The notes beneath the pieces were generated by a model, which saw nothing but the letters and a program-made list of their open reading frames with translations, had not been told where the DNA came from and did no database searches. Of a DNA stretch of 64,000 bases, positions 30,118-38,469 are shown one piece after another (position 1 is the first letter of the stretch; each line of letters starts with the position of its first letter). Source of the stretch: a virus (Duplodnaviria; Heunggongvirae; Uroviricota; Caudoviricetes). Location of the stretch: the IMG/VR virus record IMGVR_UViG_3300033070_001123; one strand, 5' to 3'. The translations under genes were made by a program, and so were the position numbers.

Positions 30118-30260
30118 CTGAACCCGTGTCTCTAGAACTCTTTGTGTCTCAGTTTAGACTCGCCCAAAATAAACGTCAGCCAAGCGGCGGCGAGAGGTTC
30201 GACGAGTATGTTTATATACTAAGCTCTGTTGACTTAAACGTATCTCTCGTTAGGGTTCAG
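30118..30260. ncRNA. candidate structured non-coding RNA (~143 nt), family unknown
   Basis: Intergenic; ends pair perfectly (CTGAACCC/GGGTTCAG); internal helices CTCGCC/GGCGAG, GCC/GGC, GACGAG/CTCGTT and TATGTTTA/TAAACGTA; G-U pairs favour the plus strand. Confidence 0.5.
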
Positions 30261-30262
30261 AA

Positions 30263-30646
30263 TTACTTCTTTGTAGGTTCTTCAGTCTCGCAGAAGAATG
30301 GAGAAAGATTCACCATATCTCTTGCATTAACCTTACTATCGCCTAGCAAGTCAATAGGAATTGGATTCATATTAACTTCAACTTCCTCCCTCAAGAGGCC
30401 TTCAATCTCTTTGTTAAAGTCTTCTATATGCTCAGCCTTAACTCTGATAACACCCTCTTGCTCAAGACGCTCTCCATACTTAGCAACAAGATTCTGTCTT
30501 GCCTTCTCATAAACGGTAATCCTGTCTTGAACCAGTTTTACTGCAACACCAAGACGGTATGATTCTTTTGCCGGAAGGGGCAAATTCATAACATTGTTGA
30601 GACTTTCAATCATTGGTGCAATATCTCTAAGAGTCAGTTTTATCAT
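30263..30646 (-). CDS. DUF1617-like helical phage protein
   Basis: Start moved to MIKLTLRDI (SD GGAGG); LPAKESYRL...YEKARQNLVAKYG pattern. Confidence 0.6.
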   Translation of the reverse strand: MIKLTLRDIAPMIESLNNVMNLPLPAKESYRLGVAVKLVQDRITVYEKARQNLVAKYGERLEQEGVIRVKAEHIEDFNKEIEGLLREEVEVNMNPIPIDLLGDSKVNARDMVNLSPFFCETEEPTKK

Positions 30647-30730
30647 TTGTTCCTCCAAAATAACTGTTTTGGTACTAAAGCTATGTATTCCTTCGGAATT
30701 TCTATCGACCAAAATCAAGATTCCACAACA

Positions 30731-30762
30731 AATAAAAAGGGGCTGTCCGAAGACAGCCCCTT
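30731..30762 (-). terminator. rho-independent terminator after the major capsid gene
   Basis: GGGGCTGTC-TTCG-GACAGCCCC followed by TTTTTATT. Confidence 0.9.
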
Positions 30763-30802
30763 CTGATCATTCAGGCAGATCAGAGCCAGTATGTATAACC
30801 TA

Positions 30803-31696
30803 TTAGGTTACGGAGCCGGTCAATCTAACTGCGCTGAGAGCGTAGTCGTTGATGATGGCAATGCCGACTTCTTCGTAGATAACCCAGCCAAGGCGGAGTT
30901 TCTTAGGATCGTCAGCAGGAAGAACAGTGATATCCTGGCGGATTGGGAATGCGCCAACGGTATCAGGGGAAGCCAAGCAGAGAACATAGTTCGCTGGCAT
31001 ACGAGAGGAAACGTGAACGTCGGCGGTCCACAAGTGGCCGTAAAGACCAGTTGTAAGGATTTCGCGAGTTGTTGCCTCGTCGAAGAAGCGGTAAGAAGCA
31101 GTCGTTCCGCCTGGGCCGTTGAACATACGAATGTCAGCGTAGCGGAAAGCGTTCATTACCATCTTGGTGCAAACCAAGTCATGCTGCTCGATTTCGCGGA
31201 AGGCAGCGTTGAGGTCGTCGGTCAAAATCGTACCGCCGGAGTCAACGATAACCTGCTCAGAACGAAGAGCAGCGATACATGCGGCGAAAATCTGCTCATC
31301 CTCTTCCTTCTGAATGGCTTCCTTAGCCTTAATCTGAGCGCGGTCAACAATGTAGAAGCGGCGTGCCTTGATTTCGCTGAGACGAATCGTTGGGTTAGCA
31401 GCGATTTCCCAGGTTGGGACAAGGATTTCCTCACCTTCTACGATCTGGTCAGGTACAGCGCCTCTACGAGAAACGATGTGTGCAATAGCAGCAACATCGC
31501 GCTCGTAACGAGCGAGAGCGCCCTGAGGCAACTCGTCGATCATAAGGAGCTTACGGCCAACCGCCTGATACTCAAGAGAGCGGCGAATTGGTTCAACCAT
31601 TGCCTGAGCGAGAGCGGTACGACCCTCATCGGTCTCAAGGGCTTGAGCAATAATCATTTCTTTCTGTTCGTCAGTATATGACTTTACAAGACTCAT
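30803..31696 (-). CDS. major capsid protein (HK97-fold, compact)
   Basis: Position after the protease/scaffold and decoration genes; strong SD; strongly biased codons; downstream terminator; C-terminal GWVIYEEVGIAIIND typical of HK97-type capsids. Confidence 0.85.
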   Translation of the reverse strand: MSLVKSYTDEQKEMIIAQALETDEGRTALAQAMVEPIRRSLEYQAVGRKLLMIDELPQGALARYERDVAAIAHIVSRRGAVPDQIVEGEEILVPTWEIAANPTIRLSEIKARRFYIVDRAQIKAKEAIQKEEDEQIFAACIAALRSEQVIVDSGGTILTDDLNAAFREIEQHDLVCTKMVMNAFRYADIRMFNGPGGTTASYRFFDEATTREILTTGLYGHLWTADVHVSSRMPANYVLCLASPDTVGAFPIRQDITVLPADDPKKLRLGWVIYEEVGIAIINDYALSAVRLTGSVT

Positions 31697-31763
31697 TTTT
31701 CTATCTCCTTTAGTGTCCTTTGGGTTTCCTTAATAGACCCCAGAGTAACAGTAAAACTTGCAC

Positions 31764-31840
31764 TCTTGGAACGGAATTGTTTCCAAGACAACCCTCTCTT
31801 ATTGAGAGGGCCAAGCCCCTCCCGCCGAAACGGGAGGGGC
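31764..31840 (-). promoter_or_regulatory. three tandem hairpins in the capsid gene leader
   Basis: GCCCCTCCCG/CGGGAGGGGC (10 bp), CCCTCTC/GAGAGGG (7 bp) and TCTTGGAA/TTCCAAGA (8 bp); no U-tract follows. Confidence 0.6.
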
Positions 31841-31857
31841 GTTAGCCGCCTAGTTCA

Positions 31858-32439
31858 TTAGACGCTAAGGATGAATCCAACAAACTGCGTTGCCAATGGC
31901 ATCGAGTAGTCAGAAGCAGAGCCTCCATCAACACCCGGAACACCGCTTGGGTAGTTGATCAATCCAGTAGTTGTTCTACCAACCTGGACGTTAGAAGTTG
32001 AGGTCGTTGTAACAAGACCCGTACCGCCGTTCTCTGCATAGAGAGCAAGGCCAGCGGAAGATACAGAACCAGAAACCTGGTCAGTATAGAACTCGCCACC
32101 GACAAGATAAACGGTCATCAAGCCGGAACCGAGGGTCTCGTTGAAGTAATCAGAAACACGGTTCTGAGTGTACTTTCTTGCGCCAGCGGAGTTAACTACA
32201 AGAGAATCGCTGTAAGCGTTGTAGCCTCTAGCAGAGTGCAAGGTGTCGGCTGCTAAACCAATCGGAGGAGCAGTACCAGCGGAGCCGGTTGCCTTCTTTA
32301 CATAGCCAGAGGTGTTAAGACCTACGACCATGCCCTGCATGATTGCGTTTGTGTTAGTACCGCTGTTAACAGCAGAGATGTCTGCTGGGTCGAGAGGGTA
32401 CTGGCCAACTACTGAGTGATACTTTGGAATAAGAGCCAT
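31858..32439 (-). CDS. capsid decoration/cement protein
   Basis: 193 aa, G/T/S-rich, between scaffold and capsid genes; IMQGMVVGL...PIGLAAD...GGEFYTDQ pattern of decoration proteins. Confidence 0.7.
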   Translation of the reverse strand: MALIPKYHSVVGQYPLDPADISAVNSGTNTNAIMQGMVVGLNTSGYVKKATGSAGTAPPIGLAADTLHSARGYNAYSDSLVVNSAGARKYTQNRVSDYFNETLGSGLMTVYLVGGEFYTDQVSGSVSSAGLALYAENGGTGLVTTTSTSNVQVGRTTTGLINYPSGVPGVDGGSASDYSMPLATQFVGFILSV

Positions 32440-32460
32440 TTGAAAATCTCCTTTGTTTTC

Positions 32461-35400
32461 TTATCTTCTAAAAGTCTGTCTTAGATCCACGTTTGGATCT
32501 TCCTGAGCGAGTTTGTTCGCCTTATCTAACTTGAACAAACTCTGTATGGAATCCTTCAATTCCTCACCAATTTTTCTTTGGTTACTACGCTCAGAGATTA
32601 CTAAAGGCTTTTCTGAACCTTTCGCAACGGTGTCAAGTCCTTTCTTGGAAGCTCCAAAGAGGGCAGTTTCAAGATCCTTGAGGTCAGAAGGCTCGTAACG
32701 AGCAAGCTTCTCTATTTCAGAAGCAAGCTTGTCAACGGAAATCATTCCCGCCTTGAGCTTACGACCCGCAACTCTTGTAGCAGCCTCTTTCTTAGCCGCC
32801 AAGGACTCTGCATCGCCACCAGCAATGACCGTTCCCTTATGCGCCGTTTGCTTTTCAGGCGCATTCTTTTCATTCTTATCATACTTAGCGTTCGTTCCGC
32901 CGCCAGCAGGAATGCTTGGAGCATCCTTCTCAGCCTTCGGTACGCTTACTAATGTTTCTTTTTCATGTCCCATGAAGCTAGAATCTCCAGCTTCAACCTT
33001 GCCAATATCAGCAGACTCCTGAGGAGTTATTGGATTACCGCTCTTTGGATGATCCTTGTTAGCTGCGTATGGCTTTGTATCTCCGTCTTCAGAAACAGGA
33101 GCAGCCTTTTCAAGCTTCTTGTCCGAAGCGGTCTTTGTTGCATTCAAGATTCTTTCAGCAAGAGCAGAAGTTCTAGCCTTGCTAGAAGCAGACTTACCCG
33201 CTCCTTGCGTTCCGCCAGTCATTTCATGCTCCTTCTCTGAGGTATAACCAAGTTCTTTCTCATGACCCATTTCGCCACCGCCAGCCTCAAAGCTAGCCTT
33301 TGGCTTGCTGTTGTCATATCCAGCGTCTTTTTCGCCGCCCATTGTGGCGTCTCCGCTGAATACTTCTGGATCCTTAGCGTCAAACTTTTCCTCATTGCCC
33401 ATAGTTCCGCCGTCCTTAACCTTGCCGAAATCTTCGGTATGGTCTTGAACGTTCTTATGAGTTACTTCCTTGGCAATCTTGCCTTGAGAAGCAAGAACCT
33501 TCATAACGCTGGACAAGTCAAGATTGATTTCGCCGGAGCTAGAAATCTTGCCCTTCCTAAATGCGTTTGTTGCAGACTCGGCCTGAGCCATAAGCTTGAA
33601 CTCCTCTTTATCTTCTGAACCTTCTTCGCTGTCATTCGAGAAGTCGCTAGAAGAATCCTCTTTTTCTTCTGAATTTTCTTCAGAAGGCTCGGAAGATTCA
33701 CCTTCGCCCTCAGAAGATTCGCCTTCAGAAGACTCGCCACCAAACGGATTAGAAGAAGGCTCTTCAACAGAAACCTCAGACTCGCCAGTTTCAGGAGCGC
33801 CTCCCATGTCGCCGCCCTCTGGGGCAACTTCAACAGAAACATCTTCCTTAAGTTCAACTGGGTTTGAGTCAACTACACCAGGCGCTTCTTGAACAGCGTC
33901 TTGAACAGCGTCAAGAGCGCCGCCGACCGCAGAACCAACTTCTTGAGTTGCGTCTACAGCAGTTTCAAGAGCTTGGTCAGCAGCTTGGTCTACACCTTCG
34001 GCAACTTCGCCAGGAAGGGAGATTGTTGCAGTTCCATCAAGAGGAGCGTTGTGATGAGGCTCGGCAGCAGGATTCTCTCCCTTTGCCATATCTATAGCAG
34101 CGTCAAACTGCTCTATAACATCAAGAGGGAGTTCGATTGTAATAGTTCCCGCCATTGGGTCGCCACCACCAAGTTCTCCTCCTACATCCCCTCCAACATC
34201 GCCACCCATATCTCCGCCCATATCGCTTGCAAACGGATCTACGTCGCCTCCAAGTTCACCGCCCATATCGCCGCCCGTGTCTCCCTCAGGAGATGGAACG
34301 CCGTCAGTCGGGGACGGAGGAACTTCAGAACCGCCAGAAAGCTCGTCAGCAAGATGATCTTCAAACTGAGCATACTTAGCCTTGAGTTGGTCGCAAACAA
34401 AGCAAGCTTGCTTCATGGAGAACTTTCTAGAGCGTACAAAATCTTCTACGCAAGTAACCATAAGGTCTTCGTTCTTCCATATAGAAGCGAGCTTGATAGC
34501 AACGTCATTAGCATAAACGCCAGCGGTAGAAAGCTTCTGGCAAACACAGTCTGCAAGATTCTTTCCTTCGCATGGACCGCTCATTGCAAGAGCATTTTCG
34601 CCATACTTACGAGCAATCTTCTCTCGGCAAGTTTCGATTGGGAACTTACCTTCAAATGCTGCTGTCTTCTTGAGGCCCGACAAAACAGAACTCTTAGAAG
34701 CTGTCTTGACAGGAGAAAGAAGACCCTTATCCTTCATAGCCATGATTGCGTCACCCTTATCGAAGAGCATCATGGAATCAAAAGTATCTTCGCTAATACC
34801 AGCGGACTTGAGGGCCTTCATGAAGGCGCTCTTCTTACGACGGCAGCTTTCGCAACCGCGAGTAAGAGGCTTCGCTTCAAATCGCCATTCAGCGAATACA
34901 GCCTTCTTTCCGCCCTTATCTACACCAGCAACATGAACTTCATAAGTAGCGCCTGTATCCAAGCACAAGAACTTATTATTGCTGATCTTCATTACGCTTG
35001 TTGAGCCAGTGTAAGGACTGATAGAACCGAGGCCCCATTCAATACCCTTAGCCTTTGCGTCTTCAGCAGCCTTCTTAAGCATTGCTGGGTTCAAACGAGT
35101 CATAGCAGCAACTGGCAAGCTTGCAGGCTCTTCGGTTTCTGGAAGAGCAAAACCTTCGCCGCCCTCATCGCCACCAAGTCCAGCCTCACCAGCTTCTTCG
35201 CCCTCGCCTTCGCCAGAGTCAAGCAAACCAGGATACTTAGTAATTTCAAGCTCAACCTTATAAGCAAACTCAGCGGAGCAGTTACCGCACTTACCCTTAC
35301 CGTCTAGAACGTCAACGTCGCTAGAACCGCATACTGGGCAAATAGTACCCGGTGGCTTTGGTTGCATATCGCCTTCACCGCCGCCCATCATATCATCTTC

Positions 35401-38400
35401 GCCAGCGCCAAGCTCATCGCCAGGTCCGCTTAAGCTTTCAGCGGCAGGAGCGCCTCCCATTCCGGCGTCAGCGCCAGGCATGGTTGCTCCCATTCCGCCA
35501 GCAGGACCGCCGCCTCCCATACCGCCACCCATCTGTCCGCCCATCATCTGGGCTTCCTTAAGAAGGTTGGCTCTGTTAGCAGAACGAGCAGTCTTATTTG
35601 TTCCTTGAGGCTTCTGCGTTGCAGTCTTGAACTGCCCGCTCAAAACAGAAGCAAAAGCCTTCTTCTCTGCGTCCGAGCAAGATCCCTCTTCCTTGCAGTC
35701 AGCCTCAAAGATTCCAGCTTCCTTGTCCAACTTGACGTTAGTAACAACGAATGGAACTTCGATATGGCTCTTTGCGAAAGTAAAGAGAGCATTCATGAAT
35801 TCTGTTTGATTGTCTGGGCTTACCTTGACATCTTCTGTAAGGGTTCCGCAAATCTTATAAAGACCGTCTTCTGGACGATCAAGTTCAGCAAAGGCTTGAC
35901 GGAAAGCGTCTTCTTTGCTTACAACTGTTTCTTCAGAAGAATCTTCAGTAGAAGCGAGCTTGGTATGAGCCAAAGTCTCAGCAGCAGCAAAAGCCTTCTT
36001 ATCAGAAGCAACAAACTTGATTGCGTCAACAAAATCCTCAGCCTTGAGGTATCCAATGTTATCGCCCATAGAAGCCAAGAGAGCGTCAACGCTTCTAACC
36101 TTGCTACCGCTAGTGGAAGCTACCTTAGCAAAGTAGTTCTTGCGATTTCTTTCAGCAAGACGAGCCTTAACCTTGACAGGGGATGCGTTGATAAGAGCAA
36201 GATATCCAGCCTTGATAGAAGAGAACGGAGAAGAAGAAATCTTGCTTACAGCCGCAGAAACCTCGGCAGGAGTAAGGTTGTAATGAGCAATCGCGTCGGC
36301 AACTGCATTGGAAGCGGCCTTAACCAAATCCTTAGCAGACGAAGCCCAACGAGCAGAATCGGTCTTTCCTTCTGGAGAAGCCTTCTTCTGTTCGTCAAGC
36401 TGTGCTTGAATTGTAACTTCAGGAGCAGTCCACTTATGAGACTTCTGCAAAGACTCTAACTGAGCCTGAGTTGTCTTTTCTGTGTAATCCTTACTAATAG
36501 AAGTAGAAACTCTGCGGCTCATTTCTGTCCACTGAGCTTCGGTAATAACCTCTGGGTAGCTATCCCAACGAGCAATATCATCATGCTCAATCGAATCAAG
36601 CTGAGCTTGGGTAATAACTTCAGGAGCATTACCCTTGCGAAGCTGATTGTCGTCAGAGGTTGTATCATTAACTGGCTTAAGCTCGCCGTCACCGTCGAGT
36701 TGAGCCTGTGTCGTTACGGTTGGAGCCTTGTCTTCTCTAGGGTGAAGAGGGCCAGCATTATCAAGTTGCTTCTGAGTGGTAACTTCCAACTGGGAAGCCT
36801 CTCCTCCAGCTATCTTCGTGGTTTTTTGTGCAGACATATTAACTCCTGATTCTTTCTGATATTGACTTAAAACAATCTTAGCAGCCTCTTGAGGATTTGA
36901 GGAAGCAAGGGCCTTTATTTCATCGCCAAATTCTTCAGCAGAAGCCCAGCTTACAAGCTTATTATCTTTGAACTTTCCGAAAACTAGACCGGAACCTTCT
37001 ACAGTGGCAACAACAACTCTTGTGTCGCCGTTTACAAATTCAGCAATATGTTCAGATTCAGCCACTTCCTTACTCCTTTGTGCTAGCAGAACGATTGAAG
37101 CGCGCAATGCAGAGCTAACACTGGCTAGCTTACTGCTAATATTCTCGCCTTGCTTCAAAAATTCCTTCTTTAATTCTTCAGATGCTCCAACAAAACTTGG
37201 TCTTGTAACACTTCCCAATCCAGCCATTGAGCCAGATTGAGGGCTTCCCTGAGGGGCTGCTTGGGGTTGAGGCGACTGAGTTAAGCTCTGAGCGCCTTGT
37301 CCAACTTGACTTGGATTAGATACTTGCTGAGCAGCGCTTGCGCCTGTCATTGAAGGGTCTAAAGACATAACATTTCCAAGAGCAACAGCCTGCTCTGGAG
37401 GAGACGGAAGTTGGGCGTAACCCATTTCCGTTAGTTCGTCAGTAAGAGATTGAACTTTAGCAAGTTGCTCAACAAGATCGCTTACATAATCTAGCTGAAT
37501 TTGCTGTTTTTGAGCCATCATCGAACGAGCAACATGCTCCATAAGATTCATGGCTTGAGTAAGAGCTTGAAGCTCTGCCTTGCCAGCAGTCTTTTCTAGC
37601 GAACCGTCTTTCATTGTATCAACGGCACCGCTAAGTCTCGAAGCAACCTTCCTCAACTCTTCAATCTTATCAGCAACCTTTGTCTTTACATTATCAAGAT
37701 TGAGAATATCACAAACCAAACAATCATGGCATGCTGGATTTACAACAAATGAATCCTCGATAAACTTGATATCATAATTCCATTCATATACTTTTGCTTC
37801 TTTATGAATAAGTTCGTGTTCTTCGTTCTTTTTCTTGCCATCTAAAGGGCATGGGTCTGTAGGCTTACAAGGGCTATCATGATATTTACAATCATATTTG
37901 CCGCTAATTTTCCTATTTTTACCACCCTTTATATGAGTGCAGAACTCGTCTGCTGTATGGGCTTTATTATGGCAGATTGAACAGATAGAATAAGTAACTT
38001 GAGCGCCCATTGACGTACCAGTAATGTATCCTTCTTCGATACCTCTAGCAAGCCTTGGATAAGCGGCTCTATCAACCATATTGATACAATAAACGCCTTT
38101 AGAAGGTTCGTCATACCAAGAGTGAACAACCTTACCTCTTGCGTTCTCTACATTATCATTTTGATGATTTACAAAGACAGGAACACCAACGAAGGTATGA
38201 GCAGCTTTCTTAAGTTCTTCTTCAGAAAAACAATCGCCGTTATCATTTACTTCGTTTGCCTTAATAGCAAATACCTTAACAAATAGATTGTCTGGATTCT
38301 TCTCAATTGCTGCTTGTATATCAAATCCGCCAAGATCTGTTTTCTTGGTTTTATCAATAGAAGCAACTTTAATACGAGAAGTATTGTAGTAATCCCATGC

Positions 38401-38469
38401 GCCTCCCTTAGGAACATGAAGAGCCTCAACGCTCATCTGAGTATTAGTTTTTGCTCGTTTTTCAAACAT
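32461..38469 (-). CDS. giant prohead protease-scaffold fusion (2002 aa)
   Basis: N-terminal domain with NDNGDCFSEEEL, PVFVNH (His) and ITGTSMG (Ser), as in HK97/assemblin-fold prohead proteases; followed by low-complexity acidic regions, Cys-rich modules and repeats; canonical position between portal and capsid. Confidence 0.8.
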   Translation of the reverse strand: MFEKRAKTNTQMSVEALHVPKGGAWDYYNTSRIKVASIDKTKKTDLGGFDIQAAIEKNPDNLFVKVFAIKANEVNDNGDCFSEEELKKAAHTFVGVPVFVNHQNDNVENARGKVVHSWYDEPSKGVYCINMVDRAAYPRLARGIEEGYITGTSMGAQVTYSICSICHNKAHTADEFCTHIKGGKNRKISGKYDCKYHDSPCKPTDPCPLDGKKKNEEHELIHKEAKVYEWNYDIKFIEDSFVVNPACHDCLVCDILNLDNVKTKVADKIEELRKVASRLSGAVDTMKDGSLEKTAGKAELQALTQAMNLMEHVARSMMAQKQQIQLDYVSDLVEQLAKVQSLTDELTEMGYAQLPSPPEQAVALGNVMSLDPSMTGASAAQQVSNPSQVGQGAQSLTQSPQPQAAPQGSPQSGSMAGLGSVTRPSFVGASEELKKEFLKQGENISSKLASVSSALRASIVLLAQRSKEVAESEHIAEFVNGDTRVVVATVEGSGLVFGKFKDNKLVSWASAEEFGDEIKALASSNPQEAAKIVLSQYQKESGVNMSAQKTTKIAGGEASQLEVTTQKQLDNAGPLHPREDKAPTVTTQAQLDGDGELKPVNDTTSDDNQLRKGNAPEVITQAQLDSIEHDDIARWDSYPEVITEAQWTEMSRRVSTSISKDYTEKTTQAQLESLQKSHKWTAPEVTIQAQLDEQKKASPEGKTDSARWASSAKDLVKAASNAVADAIAHYNLTPAEVSAAVSKISSSPFSSIKAGYLALINASPVKVKARLAERNRKNYFAKVASTSGSKVRSVDALLASMGDNIGYLKAEDFVDAIKFVASDKKAFAAAETLAHTKLASTEDSSEETVVSKEDAFRQAFAELDRPEDGLYKICGTLTEDVKVSPDNQTEFMNALFTFAKSHIEVPFVVTNVKLDKEAGIFEADCKEEGSCSDAEKKAFASVLSGQFKTATQKPQGTNKTARSANRANLLKEAQMMGGQMGGGMGGGGPAGGMGATMPGADAGMGGAPAAESLSGPGDELGAGEDDMMGGGEGDMQPKPPGTICPVCGSSDVDVLDGKGKCGNCSAEFAYKVELEITKYPGLLDSGEGEGEEAGEAGLGGDEGGEGFALPETEEPASLPVAAMTRLNPAMLKKAAEDAKAKGIEWGLGSISPYTGSTSVMKISNNKFLCLDTGATYEVHVAGVDKGGKKAVFAEWRFEAKPLTRGCESCRRKKSAFMKALKSAGISEDTFDSMMLFDKGDAIMAMKDKGLLSPVKTASKSSVLSGLKKTAAFEGKFPIETCREKIARKYGENALAMSGPCEGKNLADCVCQKLSTAGVYANDVAIKLASIWKNEDLMVTCVEDFVRSRKFSMKQACFVCDQLKAKYAQFEDHLADELSGGSEVPPSPTDGVPSPEGDTGGDMGGELGGDVDPFASDMGGDMGGDVGGDVGGELGGGDPMAGTITIELPLDVIEQFDAAIDMAKGENPAAEPHHNAPLDGTATISLPGEVAEGVDQAADQALETAVDATQEVGSAVGGALDAVQDAVQEAPGVVDSNPVELKEDVSVEVAPEGGDMGGAPETGESEVSVEEPSSNPFGGESSEGESSEGEGESSEPSEENSEEKEDSSSDFSNDSEEGSEDKEEFKLMAQAESATNAFRKGKISSSGEINLDLSSVMKVLASQGKIAKEVTHKNVQDHTEDFGKVKDGGTMGNEEKFDAKDPEVFSGDATMGGEKDAGYDNSKPKASFEAGGGEMGHEKELGYTSEKEHEMTGGTQGAGKSASSKARTSALAERILNATKTASDKKLEKAAPVSEDGDTKPYAANKDHPKSGNPITPQESADIGKVEAGDSSFMGHEKETLVSVPKAEKDAPSIPAGGGTNAKYDKNEKNAPEKQTAHKGTVIAGGDAESLAAKKEAATRVAGRKLKAGMISVDKLASEIEKLARYEPSDLKDLETALFGASKKGLDTVAKGSEKPLVISERSNQRKIGEELKDSIQSLFKLDKANKLAQEDPNVDLRQTFRR
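36395..36790 (-). repeat. six peptide repeats (P)-E-V-(T/I)-T-Q-A-Q-L-D in the protease-scaffold
   Basis: EVTTQKQLD, PTVTTQAQLD, PEVITQAQLD, PEVITEAQWT, EKTTQAQLE, PEVTIQAQLD. Confidence 0.85.

Noticed and set aside
30118-30260. tmRNA or tRNA identity for the structured intergenic element
   Set aside because: It has a GGTTCGAC motif but no T-arm with matching acceptor strand and CCA, no tag reading frame, and is too short for a tmRNA.
30791-31681. 296-aa plus-strand ORF antisense to the capsid gene
   Set aside because: Shadow ORF expected from the strong codon bias of a highly expressed gene; no recognisable motifs.
33262-36459. Long plus-strand ORFs (371, 284 and 118 aa) opposite the protease-scaffold
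   Set aside because: Antisense shadows of a biased, low-complexity coding region; S/L-rich and without domain signatures.
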